A stretch of DNA of 64,000 nt, from the NCBI RefSeq assembly GCF_058153355.1, contig NZ_CM177019.1, one strand, 5' to 3'. The position numbers and the translations under genes were made by a program. Below the pieces are notes generated by a model, which had not been told where the DNA came from, ran no database searches, and saw nothing but the letters and a program-made list of their open reading frames with translations. Of the stretch, positions 20,048 through 31,283 are shown piece after piece (the stretch's first letter is position 1; the number at the start of each line of letters is the position of its first letter).

Positions 20048-21415
20048 ATGACAATAGAAAAACACGAAAGAAGCACTAAGGATTTGGTGAAAGCAGCAGT
20101 ATCGGGATGGCTGGGCACTGCGCTTGAATTCATGGATTTCCAGTTATATTCGCTCGGCGCAGCGTTAGTGTTTCATGAAATATTTTTTCCTGAATCATCA
20201 ACGGCAATGGCGTTAATTCTGGCAATGGGAACCTACGGTGCAGGTTATGTGGCGCGTATTGTCGGAGCATTTATTTTCGGCAAAATGGGCGACAGAATCG
20301 GGCGTAAAAAAGTGCTCTTTATTACCATCACTATGATGGGGATCTGTACCACCTTAATTGGTGTGCTGCCGACCTATGCACAAATTGGTGTGTTTGCGCC
20401 AATTTTGCTGGTGACGCTGCGTATTATTCAGGGGCTGGGGGCAGGCGCGGAAATTTCCGGTGCCGGTACGATGCTGGCGGAATATGCGCCAAAAGGTAAG
20501 CGCGGAATTATCTCCTCATTTGTTGCTATGGGGACTAACTGCGGAACCTTGAGCGCAACGGCAATCTGGGCCTTTATGTTCTTCATTCTCAGTAAAGAGG
20601 AACTGTTGGCGTGGGGATGGCGTATACCGTTCCTGGCGAGCGTTGTCGTGATGGTCTTTGCTATCTGGTTGCGTATGAATCTGAAAGAAAGCCCGGTCTT
20701 TGAGAAGGTTAACGACAGCAACCAACCGACAGCAAAACCTGCACCTGCTGGTAGCATGTTCCAGAGCAAATCCTTCTGGCTGGCAACAGGGCTGCGTTTT
20801 GGTCAGGCTGGTAACTCAGGTTTAATTCAGACTTTCCTTGCAGGCTATTTAGTGCAGACGTTATTGTTTAACAAAGCAATTCCAACAGATGCATTGATGA
20901 TCAGTTCGATTCTCGGCTTTATGACCATTCCGTTCCTTGGTTGGTTATCCGATAAAATTGGTCGCCGGATCCCGTATATTATTATGAATACCTCTGCGAT
21001 TGTGCTGGCGTGGCCAATGCTTTCTATCATCGTAGATAAAAGCTATGCCCCGAGCACCATTATGGTTGCACTGATTGTGATTCATAACTGTGCGGTGCTG
21101 GGATTATTTGCTCTGGAAAACATTACCATGGCAGAAATGTTCGGCTGTAAAAATCGCTTTACCCGGATGGCCATTTCTAAAGAAATTGGTGGTCTTATCG
21201 CTTCCGGTTTTGGTCCTATCCTGGCGGGTATTTTCTGCACCATGACGGAATCCTGGTATCCGATCGCCATTATGATCATGGCATATTCAGTGATTGGTTT
21301 AATCTCTGCGCTGAAAATGCCAGAAGTGAAAGACCGTGATTTAAGTGCACTGGAAGATGCCGCGGAAGATCAACCGCGTGTTGTAACAGCTGCGCAACCT
21401 TCAAGAAGTCTGTAA
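20048..21415 (+). CDS. ydfJ: MFS transporter YdfJ, uninterrupted
   Basis: 455-aa polytopic ORF directly downstream of rspB. Confidence 0.85.
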   Translation: MTIEKHERSTKDLVKAAVSGWLGTALEFMDFQLYSLGAALVFHEIFFPESSTAMALILAMGTYGAGYVARIVGAFIFGKMGDRIGRKKVLFITITMMGICTTLIGVLPTYAQIGVFAPILLVTLRIIQGLGAGAEISGAGTMLAEYAPKGKRGIISSFVAMGTNCGTLSATAIWAFMFFILSKEELLAWGWRIPFLASVVVMVFAIWLRMNLKESPVFEKVNDSNQPTAKPAPAGSMFQSKSFWLATGLRFGQAGNSGLIQTFLAGYLVQTLLFNKAIPTDALMISSILGFMTIPFLGWLSDKIGRRIPYIIMNTSAIVLAWPMLSIIVDKSYAPSTIMVALIVIHNCAVLGLFALENITMAEMFGCKNRFTRMAISKEIGGLIASGFGPILAGIFCTMTESWYPIAIMIMAYSVIGLISALKMPEVKDRDLSALEDAAEDQPRVVTAAQPSRSL

Positions 21416-21504
21416 ATCCTCCATCCCTTCTCTTACCGGAGAGGGGATTTTTTATTCATATAACAAAACATGCAGCTTGCCATATTTAAATTTAAGGAAT
21501 TGTT

Positions 21505-22965
21505 ATGGGAAATAATTTGTTATCAGCAAAAGCGACGCTCCCTGTTTATGATCGTAATAACCTGGCCCCAAGAATTGTTCATTTAGGCTTTGGTGCATTT
21601 CACCGTGCGCATCAGGGCGTGTATGCCGATATTCTTGCTACGGAACATTTCAGTGACTGGGGATATTATGAGGTCAATTTAATCGGCGGCGAACAGCAAA
21701 TTGCCGATTTACAACAGCAAGATAATCTTTATACCGTTGCGGAAATGTCGGCCGATGCGTGGACGGCTCGCGTCGTTGGCGTCGTTAAAAAAGCCTTGCA
21801 CATACAAATAGATGGCTTAGAAACCGTGCTGGCTGCGATGTGTGAACCGCAAATCGCGATTGTCTCTCTGACAATCACCGAAAAAGGGTATTTCCACTCT
21901 CCGGCGACCGGACAGTTAATGCTCGATCACCCGATGGTCGTTGCCGACGTGCAAAATCCCCACCAGCCGAAAACTGCAACAGGGGTGATTGTTGAGGCGC
22001 TGGCTCGCCGTAAAGCGGCAGGACTTCCCGCATTTACCGTCATGTCATGTGACAACATGCCAGAAAACGGTCATGTTATGCGTGACGTTGTCACTTCCTA
22101 CGCGCAAGCTGTTGATGTAAAACTGGCACAATGGATCGAAGAAAACGTGACTTTCCCATCAACAATGGTGGACCGTATTGTGCCCGCAGTGACAGAGGAT
22201 ACGCTGGCGAAAATCGAACAACTTACCGGTGTGCGCGATCCTGCTGGCGTTGCTTGTGAACCTTTCCGCCAGTGGGTAATAGAAGATAACTTTGTTGCCG
22301 GACGTCCGGAATGGGAAAAAGCGGGAGCCGAACTGGTTAGTGATGTGCTGCCTTATGAAGAGATGAAGTTGCGCATGCTCAACGGCAGTCATTCATTCCT
22401 GGCGTATCTGGGTTATCTTGCCGGATATCAGCACATTAATGACTGCATGGAAGATGAACATTATCATCATGCAGCGTATGCCTTGATGTTGCAGGAACAA
22501 GCGCCGACGTTGAAAGTGCAGGACGTTGATTTGCAAGATTACGCTAACCGATTAATTGAACGCTATAGCAACCCGGCGCTACGTCATCGAACCTGGCAGA
22601 TTGCGATGGATGGCAGCCAGAAATTGCCACAGCGGATGTTGGATTCTGTTCGCTGGCATCTGGCGCATGACAGCAAGTTCGATCTGCTGGCGCTGGGCGT
22701 CGCGGGTTGGATGCGTTATGTCGGTGGTGTTGATGAACAGGGAAATCAGATAGAAATCAGTGACCCACTGTTACCTGTTATTCAGAAGGCAGTACAAAGT
22801 AGTGCTGAAGGGACAGCGCGCGTCCAGTCATTGCTGGCAATTAAGGCGATCTTTGGTGATGATTTACCAGGCAATAGTTTGTTTACGACAAAAGTAACGG
22901 AAGCGTACTTGTCTTTATTAGCGCATGGCGCGAAAGCGACCGTGGCGAAATATTCCGTGAAGTAA
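21505..22965 (+). CDS. ydfI: Mannitol dehydrogenase-family oxidoreductase YdfI
   Basis: 486 aa; N-terminal Rossmann [10 protein letters not shown]. Confidence 0.85.
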   Translation: MGNNLLSAKATLPVYDRNNLAPRIVHLGFGAFHRAHQGVYADILATEHFSDWGYYEVNLIGGEQQIADLQQQDNLYTVAEMSADAWTARVVGVVKKALHIQIDGLETVLAAMCEPQIAIVSLTITEKGYFHSPATGQLMLDHPMVVADVQNPHQPKTATGVIVEALARRKAAGLPAFTVMSCDNMPENGHVMRDVVTSYAQAVDVKLAQWIEENVTFPSTMVDRIVPAVTEDTLAKIEQLTGVRDPAGVACEPFRQWVIEDNFVAGRPEWEKAGAELVSDVLPYEEMKLRMLNGSHSFLAYLGYLAGYQHINDCMEDEHYHHAAYALMLQEQAPTLKVQDVDLQDYANRLIERYSNPALRHRTWQIAMDGSQKLPQRMLDSVRWHLAHDSKFDLLALGVAGWMRYVGGVDEQGNQIEISDPLLPVIQKAVQSSAEGTARVQSLLAIKAIFGDDLPGNSLFTTKVTEAYLSLLAHGAKATVAKYSVK

Positions 22966-23000
22966 AAAAAGCAATGCCGCCATCGGCGGCATTCACACGC

Positions 23001-23204
23001 TTAGTTCATGCCGAGACGAATCAGGTCCAGTGGTGCCAGTTTCTCTTCACAACCTTCAACAACTACGGTTTTTCCGCGGCGGATTTGCTCAGCGGTCAGA
23101 CCTTCAGTATCAATCGACAGGATCTTGCCAGTGTGACCGGTGCCGCTAACCATAACACGGCTGCCAGTGGTGATTGCGTTACGGTTACGATCGTAGGTCG
23201 TCAT
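23001..23204 (-). CDS. ydfZ: Small protein YdfZ (67 aa)
   Basis: [30 protein letters not shown]... Confidence 0.85.
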
Positions 23205-23380
23205 AGGTGTTTTCTCCTTTCTGATTTACAGTCGAAGCCCACGTAACGGGCGCAATATAAATACTCCTGTCGAGTGAAATATTTTTTGTTTTTGATCAAG
23301 CTCACATCTTTTTTGATGCATGCATGAGCCATATGACGGAGGGAAAAACTCTCACCCCTGATGGGATGAGAGGAAATGAA

Positions 23381-24067
23381 TTACTCTTCGCTAAACCAGT
23401 CGCTGTTTTCCTGGCGGATCTGGCGCACGGATTCGCTGATTTCCTGCAAATGTTGCGTCATTGCACGTTCTACCGCATCGCCATCACGTTTTTGCAGGGC
23501 AGAGAAAATCTCAAGATGCTGGCGTAACAGCATTTCTGGTGGAGAAACGTGGTCGAAACTCATATAGCGCACGCGATCAACGGTCGCTTTCAGGTTCTCA
23601 ATGGTATCCCACGCCAGTTGACAGTCGGCAATCTGCGTCAGGAGTTGATGGAAGTTGTCATCAAGTTCAAAAAAATCATCCAGTTGCTTGCGCTCAATGG
23701 CAATGCGTTGCTGGTGAAGATTTTGTTCCAGTTGGTAGCACTGGCTTTCGGTAATCATGCTCGCCGCCCGACGCGCCACCGCGCACTCAATGGCCTGACG
23801 GATAAAACTGCCGTTGTGCACCTGGGCCATGGAAATTTTGTTGACGTAGCTGCCACGCTGCGGACGAATTTGAATCAGGCCGTTTTCCGCCAGTTTAATA
23901 AAGGCTTCACGAACCGGCTGGCGTGACACATTGAAACGAACAGAAACTTCTTTTTCCGACAACGGTGTGCCTGGTGCAATCAGGCAATGGACAATGTCGC
24001 GGCGAAGAATACGATAAATCTGCTGATTGACAGGCTGTGTGGGATTAAGTTGCGTTTCGACGGTCAT
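23381..24067 (-). CDS. ydfH: GntR/FadR-family regulator YdfH (RspR)
   Basis: 228 aa with N-terminal GntR HTH. Confidence 0.85.
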   Translation of the reverse strand: MTVETQLNPTQPVNQQIYRILRRDIVHCLIAPGTPLSEKEVSVRFNVSRQPVREAFIKLAENGLIQIRPQRGSYVNKISMAQVHNGSFIRQAIECAVARRAASMITESQCYQLEQNLHQQRIAIERKQLDDFFELDDNFHQLLTQIADCQLAWDTIENLKATVDRVRYMSFDHVSPPEMLLRQHLEIFSALQKRDGDAVERAMTQHLQEISESVRQIRQENSDWFSEE

Positions 24068-24155
24068 TCGTTCTTGCTTGTGAGTGAGTTAACTGCATGA
24101 GTCTACCACTTTTTTGTGACAAGCAATAACCCGGCAGTTACGCCGGGTATAAAAA

Positions 24156-24902
24156 TTACTGACGGTGGACATTCAGTCCGGCATAGCTTTGGGTAACCGG
24201 CATCATTTCCAGGGTATTGATATTGACGTGAGCAGGTAGCGTTGACACCCACCAGACGGCTTCGCTGACATCTTCTGGCGTCAATGCAACGGTATTTTGA
24301 TAGGTTTTTTCCGCTTTACCGTCATCACCTTTAAAGCGGACATTGGAAAACTCGGTGCCACCCACCAGTCCCGGTTCGATGTCTGTGACACGTACTGCCG
24401 TACCGTGCAGATCTGTGCGTAGATTAAGGCTGAACTGACGAACAAACGCTTTCGTCGCACCATAAACGTTACCACCAGCATACGGCCAGCTGCCTGCCGT
24501 GGAGCCAATGTTAATGATATGACCATGATTACGTTCAACCATACCCGGTAAGACGGCCCGCGTCATATATACCAGGCCTTTGTTGTTGGTATCAATCATC
24601 GTTTCCCAGTCTTCAACGCTGGCTTTATGCGCAGGCTCCATGCCCAGCGCCAGACCGGCATTGTTTACCAGGATATCAATATTGCACCACTCGGCAGGAA
24701 GCGATGCCAGCATCTCTTCAATAGCGGCGCGATTACGAACGTCCAGTTGGGCGATATACAGATTATCACCCAGTTCGTCTTTTAACTCCTGCAACCGCTC
24801 CTGGCGACGGCCAGTGGCGATAACTTTATGCCCTTGTTGAATAAAACGACGAGTAATGCATTCACCAAAACCTGCCGTTGCTCCAGTTACTAAAACGATC
24901 AT
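24156..24902 (-). CDS. ydfG: NADP-dependent short-chain dehydrogenase YdfG
   Basis: TGATAGFG Rossmann motif; start trimmed to MIVLVTG. Confidence 0.85.
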   Translation of the reverse strand: MIVLVTGATAGFGECITRRFIQQGHKVIATGRRQERLQELKDELGDNLYIAQLDVRNRAAIEEMLASLPAEWCNIDILVNNAGLALGMEPAHKASVEDWETMIDTNNKGLVYMTRAVLPGMVERNHGHIINIGSTAGSWPYAGGNVYGATKAFVRQFSLNLRTDLHGTAVRVTDIEPGLVGGTEFSNVRFKGDDGKAEKTYQNTVALTPEDVSEAVWWVSTLPAHVNINTLEMMPVTQSYAGLNVHRQ

Positions 24903-25038
24903 CTCACTGTTCCTCAACGCTTTTGTGTGTCAATAACATAGCACGTGATGCTTAAGAGCGGGTAATACTGGTTTGCAAGATTGCACTCCGTTATCAGTAA
25001 GCCTACGCTATGGAACACCTCGCGTTCAGGAGAAGAAA

Positions 25039-27084
25039 ATGACAACAATGAATCCTTTCCTTGTGCAAAGCACACTGCCGTATCTGGCTCCCCATTTTGA
25101 TCAAATTGCCAATCATCACTATCGACCGGCATTTGATGAGGGAATGCAGCAAAAGCGGGCCGAAATTGCCGCCATTGCGCTCAACCCGCAAACACCTGAT
25201 TTCAACAATACTATTCTGGCACTGGAGCAGAGTGGGGAACTGCTGACCCGCGTCACCAGCGTTTTTTTTGCGATGACTGCGGCGCATACCAATGATGAAT
25301 TACAGCGTCTTGATGAGCAGTTTTCCGCTGAACTGGCAGAACTGGCTAATGATATCTATCTGAACGGTGAATTATTCGCGCGAGTAGATGCTGTCTGGCA
25401 GCGCCGTGAATCCGAGGGGCTTGATAGTGAATCCATTCGCCTGGTGGAGGTTATTCATCAACGTTTTGTCCTTGCCGGAGCCAAACTTGCACAAGCTGAT
25501 AAAGCAAAATTAAAAGTTCTTAATACAGAAGCTGCGACCCTGACCAGCCAGTTTAATCAGCGGTTACTTGCGGCAAATAAATCCGGCGGTCTGGTTCTGG
25601 ACGATATTGCGCAACTGGCTGGGATGAGCGAACAGGAGATTGCGCTGGCGGCAGAGGCGGCTCGCGAGAAAGGTCTGGATAACAAATGGCTTATTCCGCT
25701 GCTGAATACCACCCAGCAACCGGCGCTTGCTGAACTTCGCGATCGCGCGACGCGTGAAAAACTATTCACTGCGGGCTGGACGCGGGCAGAAAAAAATGAC
25801 GCTAACGATACCCGTGCCATTATTCAACGGCTTGTGGAGATCCGCGCGCAGCAGGCAAAACTGCTTGGCTTCCCTCATTATGCCGCATGGAAAATCGCCG
25901 ATCAGATGGCAAAAACGCCAGAAGCAGCACTCAACTTTATGCGGGAAATTGTTCCAGCGGCGCGTCAACGTGCGAGCGATGAATTAGCCTCCATACAGGC
26001 GGTTATCGATAAGCAGCAGGGCGGGTTTAGCGCGCAGCCGTGGGACTGGGCATTTTATGCCGAGCAGGTAAGACGTGAGAAATTCGATCTCGATGAAGCG
26101 CAGCTCAAACCTTATTTCGAATTAAACACGGTGTTGAATGAAGGTGTATTCTGGACCGCGAATCAGCTCTTCGGTATTAAGTTTGTCGAACGTTTTGATA
26201 TTCCTGTCTACCATCCTGACGTTCGTGTGTGGGAAATTTTTGATCATAATGGCGTGGGGCTGGCGTTATTTTACGGTGATTTCTTCGCCCGTGATTCAAA
26301 AAGCGGCGGTGCATGGATGGGCAATTTTGTTGAGCAATCAACGCTGAATGAAACGCATCCGGTAATTTATAACGTCTGCAATTATCAGAAACCCGCTGCC
26401 GGTGAACCTGCGTTGTTACTCTGGGATGATGTGATAACCTTATTCCATGAATTTGGTCATACGCTGCACGGCCTTTTTGCCCGCCAGCGTTATGCCACGC
26501 TTTCCGGTACCAACACGCCGCGTGATTTTGTCGAATTTCCATCGCAAATCAACGAACACTGGGCAACGTATCCGCAGGTATTCGCTCGCTACGCCCGGCA
26601 TTATCAGAGCGGGGCAGCAATGCCTGACAAACTGCAACAGAAAATGCGTAAAGCCAGCCTGTTCAACAAAGGGTATGAGATGAGCGAACTGCTTAGCGCC
26701 GCACTTCTCGATATGCGCTGGCATTGCCTGGAAGAAAACGAAGCAATGCAGGATGTCGATGATTTCGAATTGTGGGCGCTGGTGGCGGAAAATATGGATC
26801 TTCCTGCTATACCGCCACGCTATCGCAGCAGTTATTTCGCCCATATTTTTGGTGGCGGATATGCCGCAGGTTATTATGCTTATCTGTGGACGCAAATGTT
26901 GGCCGATGATGGTTATCAGTGGTTTGTTGAGCAGGGCGGATTAACGCGTGAAAATGGGCTGCGTTTTCGCGAGGCGATCCTTTCCAGAGGTAACAGCGAA
27001 GATCTGGAACGCCTGTATCGACAATGGCGCGGTAAGGCTCCTCAGATTATGCCGATGCTGCAACATCGTGGCTTGAACATATAA
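25039..27084 (+). CDS. dcp: Dipeptidyl carboxypeptidase II (M3 zinc metallopeptidase) Dcp
   Basis: HEFGH zinc motif; start trimmed to MTTMNPFLVQ. Confidence 0.9.
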   Translation: MTTMNPFLVQSTLPYLAPHFDQIANHHYRPAFDEGMQQKRAEIAAIALNPQTPDFNNTILALEQSGELLTRVTSVFFAMTAAHTNDELQRLDEQFSAELAELANDIYLNGELFARVDAVWQRRESEGLDSESIRLVEVIHQRFVLAGAKLAQADKAKLKVLNTEAATLTSQFNQRLLAANKSGGLVLDDIAQLAGMSEQEIALAAEAAREKGLDNKWLIPLLNTTQQPALAELRDRATREKLFTAGWTRAEKNDANDTRAIIQRLVEIRAQQAKLLGFPHYAAWKIADQMAKTPEAALNFMREIVPAARQRASDELASIQAVIDKQQGGFSAQPWDWAFYAEQVRREKFDLDEAQLKPYFELNTVLNEGVFWTANQLFGIKFVERFDIPVYHPDVRVWEIFDHNGVGLALFYGDFFARDSKSGGAWMGNFVEQSTLNETHPVIYNVCNYQKPAAGEPALLLWDDVITLFHEFGHTLHGLFARQRYATLSGTNTPRDFVEFPSQINEHWATYPQVFARYARHYQSGAAMPDKLQQKMRKASLFNKGYEMSELLSAALLDMRWHCLEENEAMQDVDDFELWALVAENMDLPAIPPRYRSSYFAHIFGGGYAAGYYAYLWTQMLADDGYQWFVEQGGLTRENGLRFREAILSRGNSEDLERLYRQWRGKAPQIMPMLQHRGLNI

Positions 27085-27128
27085 ACACCACCAATGGCTG
27101 TCCTGGAGATATCGCCAGGCCAGCCTGG

Positions 27129-27647
27129 TTATAGCAGTAATTGCAGCAGCTGGGCGAGGGCAAACCTCACCGCTAAAGCTAATACCGTTTCGCAGTCGCC
27201 AGCAAAATGCATAACCGCAGTGTAGTTCTGGCCTTTAATATGCCACGCGAACCAGACGGTACCCGCTGGCGTACCATCTTCACCGCCCTCCGGTCCGCCG
27301 TAGCCGGTAATGGCAATACTGACATCAGCATCCGCACGCTCTATGGCACCGGTTGCCATTTCTGCTGCCACTTTCTCACTCACCGCAGAATATCGTTCAA
27401 GAGATTGCTGGCTTACGCTGAGGATTTTCATCTTTGCCTGATCGGTGAAAGTAACAAAGCCTGCACCGTAAAATTTGGGTGTATCTTCAGCTGCACACAG
27501 GGCGCTAGCCAACTTACCGCCGGTGCATGATTCGGCGGTAGTTAAGCGTAATTGATCCGCGATAAGTCTTTGACTCAACGCGGATGTCAGGTTTTCAATA
27601 GTGTCGGTATCTGCGAGTTGTACAATTTTATCTTTATTAATGTTCAC
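27129..27647 (-). CDS. ydeJ: CinA-like (PncC domain) protein YdeJ
   Basis: 172-aa ORF. Confidence 0.85.
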   Translation of the reverse strand: MNINKDKIVQLADTDTIENLTSALSQRLIADQLRLTTAESCTGGKLASALCAAEDTPKFYGAGFVTFTDQAKMKILSVSQQSLERYSAVSEKVAAEMATGAIERADADVSIAITGYGGPEGGEDGTPAGTVWFAWHIKGQNYTAVMHFAGDCETVLALAVRFALAQLLQLLL

Positions 27648-27922
27648 TGTTTTTTGTCCACGCTATTATATGTAAAGGTGATTTGCTTTTTCTGTATGCT
27701 CGTCCAATATAATAATTTTCAAACATATAAATCCGATTATTCTGAAAATATGTTTAAGACTCTTCAATCTTCTTAACTTTAGTGAGTTAAATTCTCTGAA
27801 TATTTGACAGCTAGTTGGCTGATTTTAAATGCCTTATAACAATTGGCAGTATTCTTATTTGGCAATTATAAAAATAGCAACCAGACTTAATAAGTCAAAC
27901 CAAACGCAATTAAGGAGTTAGT

Positions 27923-28315
27923 ATGAAATTTCAGGCCATTGTATTAGCAAGTTTTCTTGTCATGCCTTATGCGTTGGCAGATGACCAGGGCGGTTTAAAA
28001 CAGGATGCAGCGCCACCACCGCCTCATGCAATAGAAGATGGCTATCGCGGAACCGATGATGCAAAAAAAATGACCGTTGATTTCGCAAAAACCATGCACG
28101 ATGGCGCTTCGGTTTCACTACGCGGTAATTTGATTTCTCACAAAGGAGAGGACCGTTACGTTTTTCGCGATAAGAGCGGTGAAATTAATGTTGTTATTCC
28201 TGCGGCAGTCTTTGATGGACGAGAAGTTCAGCCGGACCAGATGATCAACATTAGCGGCAGTCTGGATAAGAAAAGCGCGCCGGCCGTCGTTCGGGTCACT
28301 CATTTGCAGAAATAA
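27923..28315 (+). CDS. ydeI: Periplasmic OB-fold (BOF/YgiW family) protein YdeI
   Basis: 130 aa with signal peptide. Confidence 0.85.
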
Positions 28316-28569
28316 AAATAAATTAGCCTGATGGCCTGAACTACTGGGCCATTAGGGTATTGGGTTATGCTATTTGTCATCCTTTTAATTGCGATAATGC
28401 AGAGTTAATTTATAGAATTAAACACTTTTTTATCTGCTGATTTTGTTTTAAATCACAATGTTATCTCAGAGATGGCTCATAACTTCGGATTTCTATGAAA
28501 ATATTGACGTAATTTTGCTTTTCTCTCGTTAGAATAGCGCGCACAAGGAACTGTGAAAAAGGAGTGGCA

Positions 28570-29460
28570 ATGATCAAGAAGACAACGGAAATTGATGCCA
28601 TCTTGTTAAATCTCAATAAGGCTATCGATGCCCACTACCAGTGGCTGGTAAGTATGTTTCACAGCGTGGTCGCGAGAGATGCCAGTAAGCCAGAAATAAC
28701 GGATAACCATTCTTATGGACTGTGCCAGTTTGGTCGGTGGATTGATCATCTGGGGCCACTCGATAACGATGAATTACCTTACGTTCGGCTAATGGATTCT
28801 GCCCATCAACATATGCATAACTGTGGTCGGGAATTAATGCTGGCTATTGTTGAAAATCACTGGCAGGACGCGCATTTCGACGCTTTTCAGGAAGGGGTGC
28901 TTTCTTTTACTGCGGCATTAACCGATTACAAAATTTATTTGCTGACGATCCGTAGCAATATGGATGTTCTGACGGGATTGCCGGGTCGTCGGGTTCTTGA
29001 TGAATCCTTCGATCATCAGTTACGCAATGCTGAACCTCTGAATCTTTATTTAATGTTGTTGGATATTGACCGATTTAAATTGGTTAATGATACCTACGGG
29101 CATTTAATCGGCGATGTAGTATTACGCACCCTGGCAACTTACTTAGCCAGTTGGACGCGTGATTACGAAACGGTTTATCGCTACGGGGGCGAAGAATTTA
29201 TCATTATTGTCAAAGCGACTAATGATGAAGAAGCATGTCGTGCAGGTGTCAGAATTTGCCAGTTAGTCGATAACCATGCCATCACACATTCTGAAGGGCA
29301 TATCAACATTACCGTGACTGCTGGTGTGAGTCGTGCATTTCCTGAAGAGCCTCTGGATGTGGTCATTGGAAGAGCGGACAGGGCAATGTATGAGGGTAAG
29401 CAAACCGGCAGGAATCGCTGCATGTTTATTGACGAACAAAATGTGATTAACCGAGTTTAA
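28570..29460 (+). CDS. dgcZ: Zinc-sensing diguanylate cyclase DgcZ (YdeH)
   Basis: GGEEF motif RYGGEEF; start trimmed to MIKKTTEID. Confidence 0.85.
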   Translation: MIKKTTEIDAILLNLNKAIDAHYQWLVSMFHSVVARDASKPEITDNHSYGLCQFGRWIDHLGPLDNDELPYVRLMDSAHQHMHNCGRELMLAIVENHWQDAHFDAFQEGVLSFTAALTDYKIYLLTIRSNMDVLTGLPGRRVLDESFDHQLRNAEPLNLYLMLLDIDRFKLVNDTYGHLIGDVVLRTLATYLASWTRDYETVYRYGGEEFIIIVKATNDEEACRAGVRICQLVDNHAITHSEGHINITVTAGVSRAFPEEPLDVVIGRADRAMYEGKQTGRNRCMFIDEQNVINRV

Positions 29461-29470
29461 GCTCCGTTTA
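29454..29470 (+). promoter_or_regulatory. Candidate PhoP box (AGTTTA-N5-CGTTTA direct repeat)
   Basis: Hexamer direct repeat with 5-nt spacer overlapping the dgcZ stop; plausible -10 (tactgt) about 25 nt downstream. Confidence 0.4.
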
Positions 29471-29502
29471 ACATTCATTGAGAAAACTGATGCTACTGTG
29501 TC

Positions 29503-29594
29503 AACGATCCGTTATCAGTGCAGGAAAATGCCTGTTAGCGTAAAAGCAAAACACAAATCTATCCATGCAAGCATTCACCGCCGGTTTACTGGCG
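29503..29594 (+). ncRNA. mgrR: Candidate PhoP-regulated sRNA MgrR (about 90-98 nt), ends approximate
   Basis: PhoP-box-like repeat and -10 upstream; strong intrinsic terminator (7-bp GC stem plus T9) at 29568-29594; no ORF; known neighbourhood of mgtS. Confidence 0.5.
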
Positions 29595-29600
29595 GTTTTT

Positions 29601-29642
29601 TTTTCGCCGTCATAAAAATCAGGCCCCTTGTACACAACTGTA
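29601..29642 (-). terminator. Intrinsic terminator downstream of mgtS
   Basis: 10-bp stem ggccccttgt/acaaggggcc followed on the minus strand by TGATTTTTAT. Confidence 0.5.
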
Positions 29643-29669
29643 ACAAGGGGCCGGTTAGGTGAGGGATTA

Positions 29670-29765
29670 TCTCCGTTCATTAGTCATCCCATTTGTGGCT
29701 GAAATACGCGGCCAGAAACCCAGAAAATAAAATTATTCCCAGTACGGCCATAAAAACATTCATAT
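29670..29765 (-). CDS. mgtS: Small membrane protein MgtS (YneM), 31 aa
   Basis: Manual translation MLGNMNVFMAVLGIILFSGFLAAYFSHKWDD*. Confidence 0.7.
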
Positions 29766-29901
29766 TACCCAGCATTATTTGCCTCCGTTTATGGTGTGGT
29801 GTGTTTCCTCGCTTACCTTAATTTTCATCTCAATGAGAAAGATATTAGCAGAGGTAACTTAAACGAAGGCTGAATTAAATTTTTATTGTGTTCGACTTAA
29901 A

Positions 29902-31089
29902 TCAACAAAGCGCGGGCTGCCCCCACGGTCTTGCACGAATCCCTTTTAACATCAGCACCCACGCAGCAATGATCACCAACGCTAAGATGATAAACAGCGA
30001 GGAAGGCGGCAGGCTGGTTAGCACTACGCCACTCACTAATGGGTTAATCGCCGCACCAAGCCAGCCTAAAGACTGAGCGGAAAAATAGCTGGCTTTCATT
30101 CCTGCCGGCGCAATATGGTCAATCAACATATACTCGCCCGGCGCATAAATGATTTCACCGACAGTAAATACCGCAGCTGACATACCCCACAATAGTAGGC
30201 TGTTGCCGGAAAAGATAAAACCGACCAGCCCGATGACGAAACAGAGGGTGCCTGCTGTCATCAGCGCGCGGATGTTAGCCGGATTAAGGCGGCGGCCCAC
30301 GGAATATTGCAACGTAACCACCATGGCAGCATTCACCGGAAGAACAACCGCGACCACCTTTTCGGCAAAATCACCATCAGCAATCACCATCACATATTGT
30401 GAAATGCATGAAGCAAATGCGCCGCTAACAAAAGAAGCCAGAAAGCCAGAGCAGGTAAACCACAACAGTGCTTTATCTTGTAATAAAACTTTCGGCGACC
30501 AGACACTGCCTGTTTCCGTGGCGATGATTTTCTCGCTGCGCTTTACCCAAATTTGAATGAAAAGCATGGGAAACGCGGAACAGATAGCTGCCAGCCAGAA
30601 GGGCAGATTGATGCTCTGCATCACCAACAGCGTGCCGAGCGGCGGACCGATGGTCCAGCCAATGTTGAGCATGGTGTAGTTGATTGAGAAAATCTTCGTT
30701 TTGCTGGTGGACGAAAGATTGTCGGCAAACCAGGCTTTCAGCACGGTAGCAAAAACGGAGTAGGCGCAGTTAATAAGGGCAAAAAAGAGCACCACTAGCG
30801 TCACGTTATTCACTAAAGGAATGGCAATAAAACCGCTAGCGAAGGCGGTAATTGACAGTAACATATAGCGTTTCTTGTCGAACTTATCCGCCAGGATACC
30901 AAAACCGAGGCTAAAAACGACGCCAATAGTGAGCGCAATTGTCATCGCATAACCAATGAGATCGACACTCAGGCTGTACTGGCGACTCAAGTAAATGGTC
31001 ATAAACGGCAGCGTAGCGCCGCGTCCGATGGTTAATAACAACGACGAGGCAAGAAGGGCGCTGGTAGAGCGTCGTAGGGATAAGTTCAT
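29902..31089 (-). CDS. ydeE: MFS transporter YdeE
   Basis: 395-aa polytopic ORF. Confidence 0.85.
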   Translation of the reverse strand: MNLSLRRSTSALLASSLLLTIGRGATLPFMTIYLSRQYSLSVDLIGYAMTIALTIGVVFSLGFGILADKFDKKRYMLLSITAFASGFIAIPLVNNVTLVVLFFALINCAYSVFATVLKAWFADNLSSTSKTKIFSINYTMLNIGWTIGPPLGTLLVMQSINLPFWLAAICSAFPMLFIQIWVKRSEKIIATETGSVWSPKVLLQDKALLWFTCSGFLASFVSGAFASCISQYVMVIADGDFAEKVVAVVLPVNAAMVVTLQYSVGRRLNPANIRALMTAGTLCFVIGLVGFIFSGNSLLLWGMSAAVFTVGEIIYAPGEYMLIDHIAPAGMKASYFSAQSLGWLGAAINPLVSGVVLTSLPPSSLFIILALVIIAAWVLMLKGIRARPWGQPALC

Positions 31090-31283
31090 TTGTCTGTCCG
31101 GCAGTGCGTTTCGTTATGTTTTGTTTTAGAGATGTAAAGAAATAGCATGGCAAAAATCCGAAGTATAGCGACTTATTTGCGCATTAATGCCGTCGTAACC
31201 GGCGACTAACGAATCAACTGTTAAAGAAAAGTAAATTCAGCTAAGTTGATTGCTTACAAAAGATGAAATTCAGAGGCGGTAGA

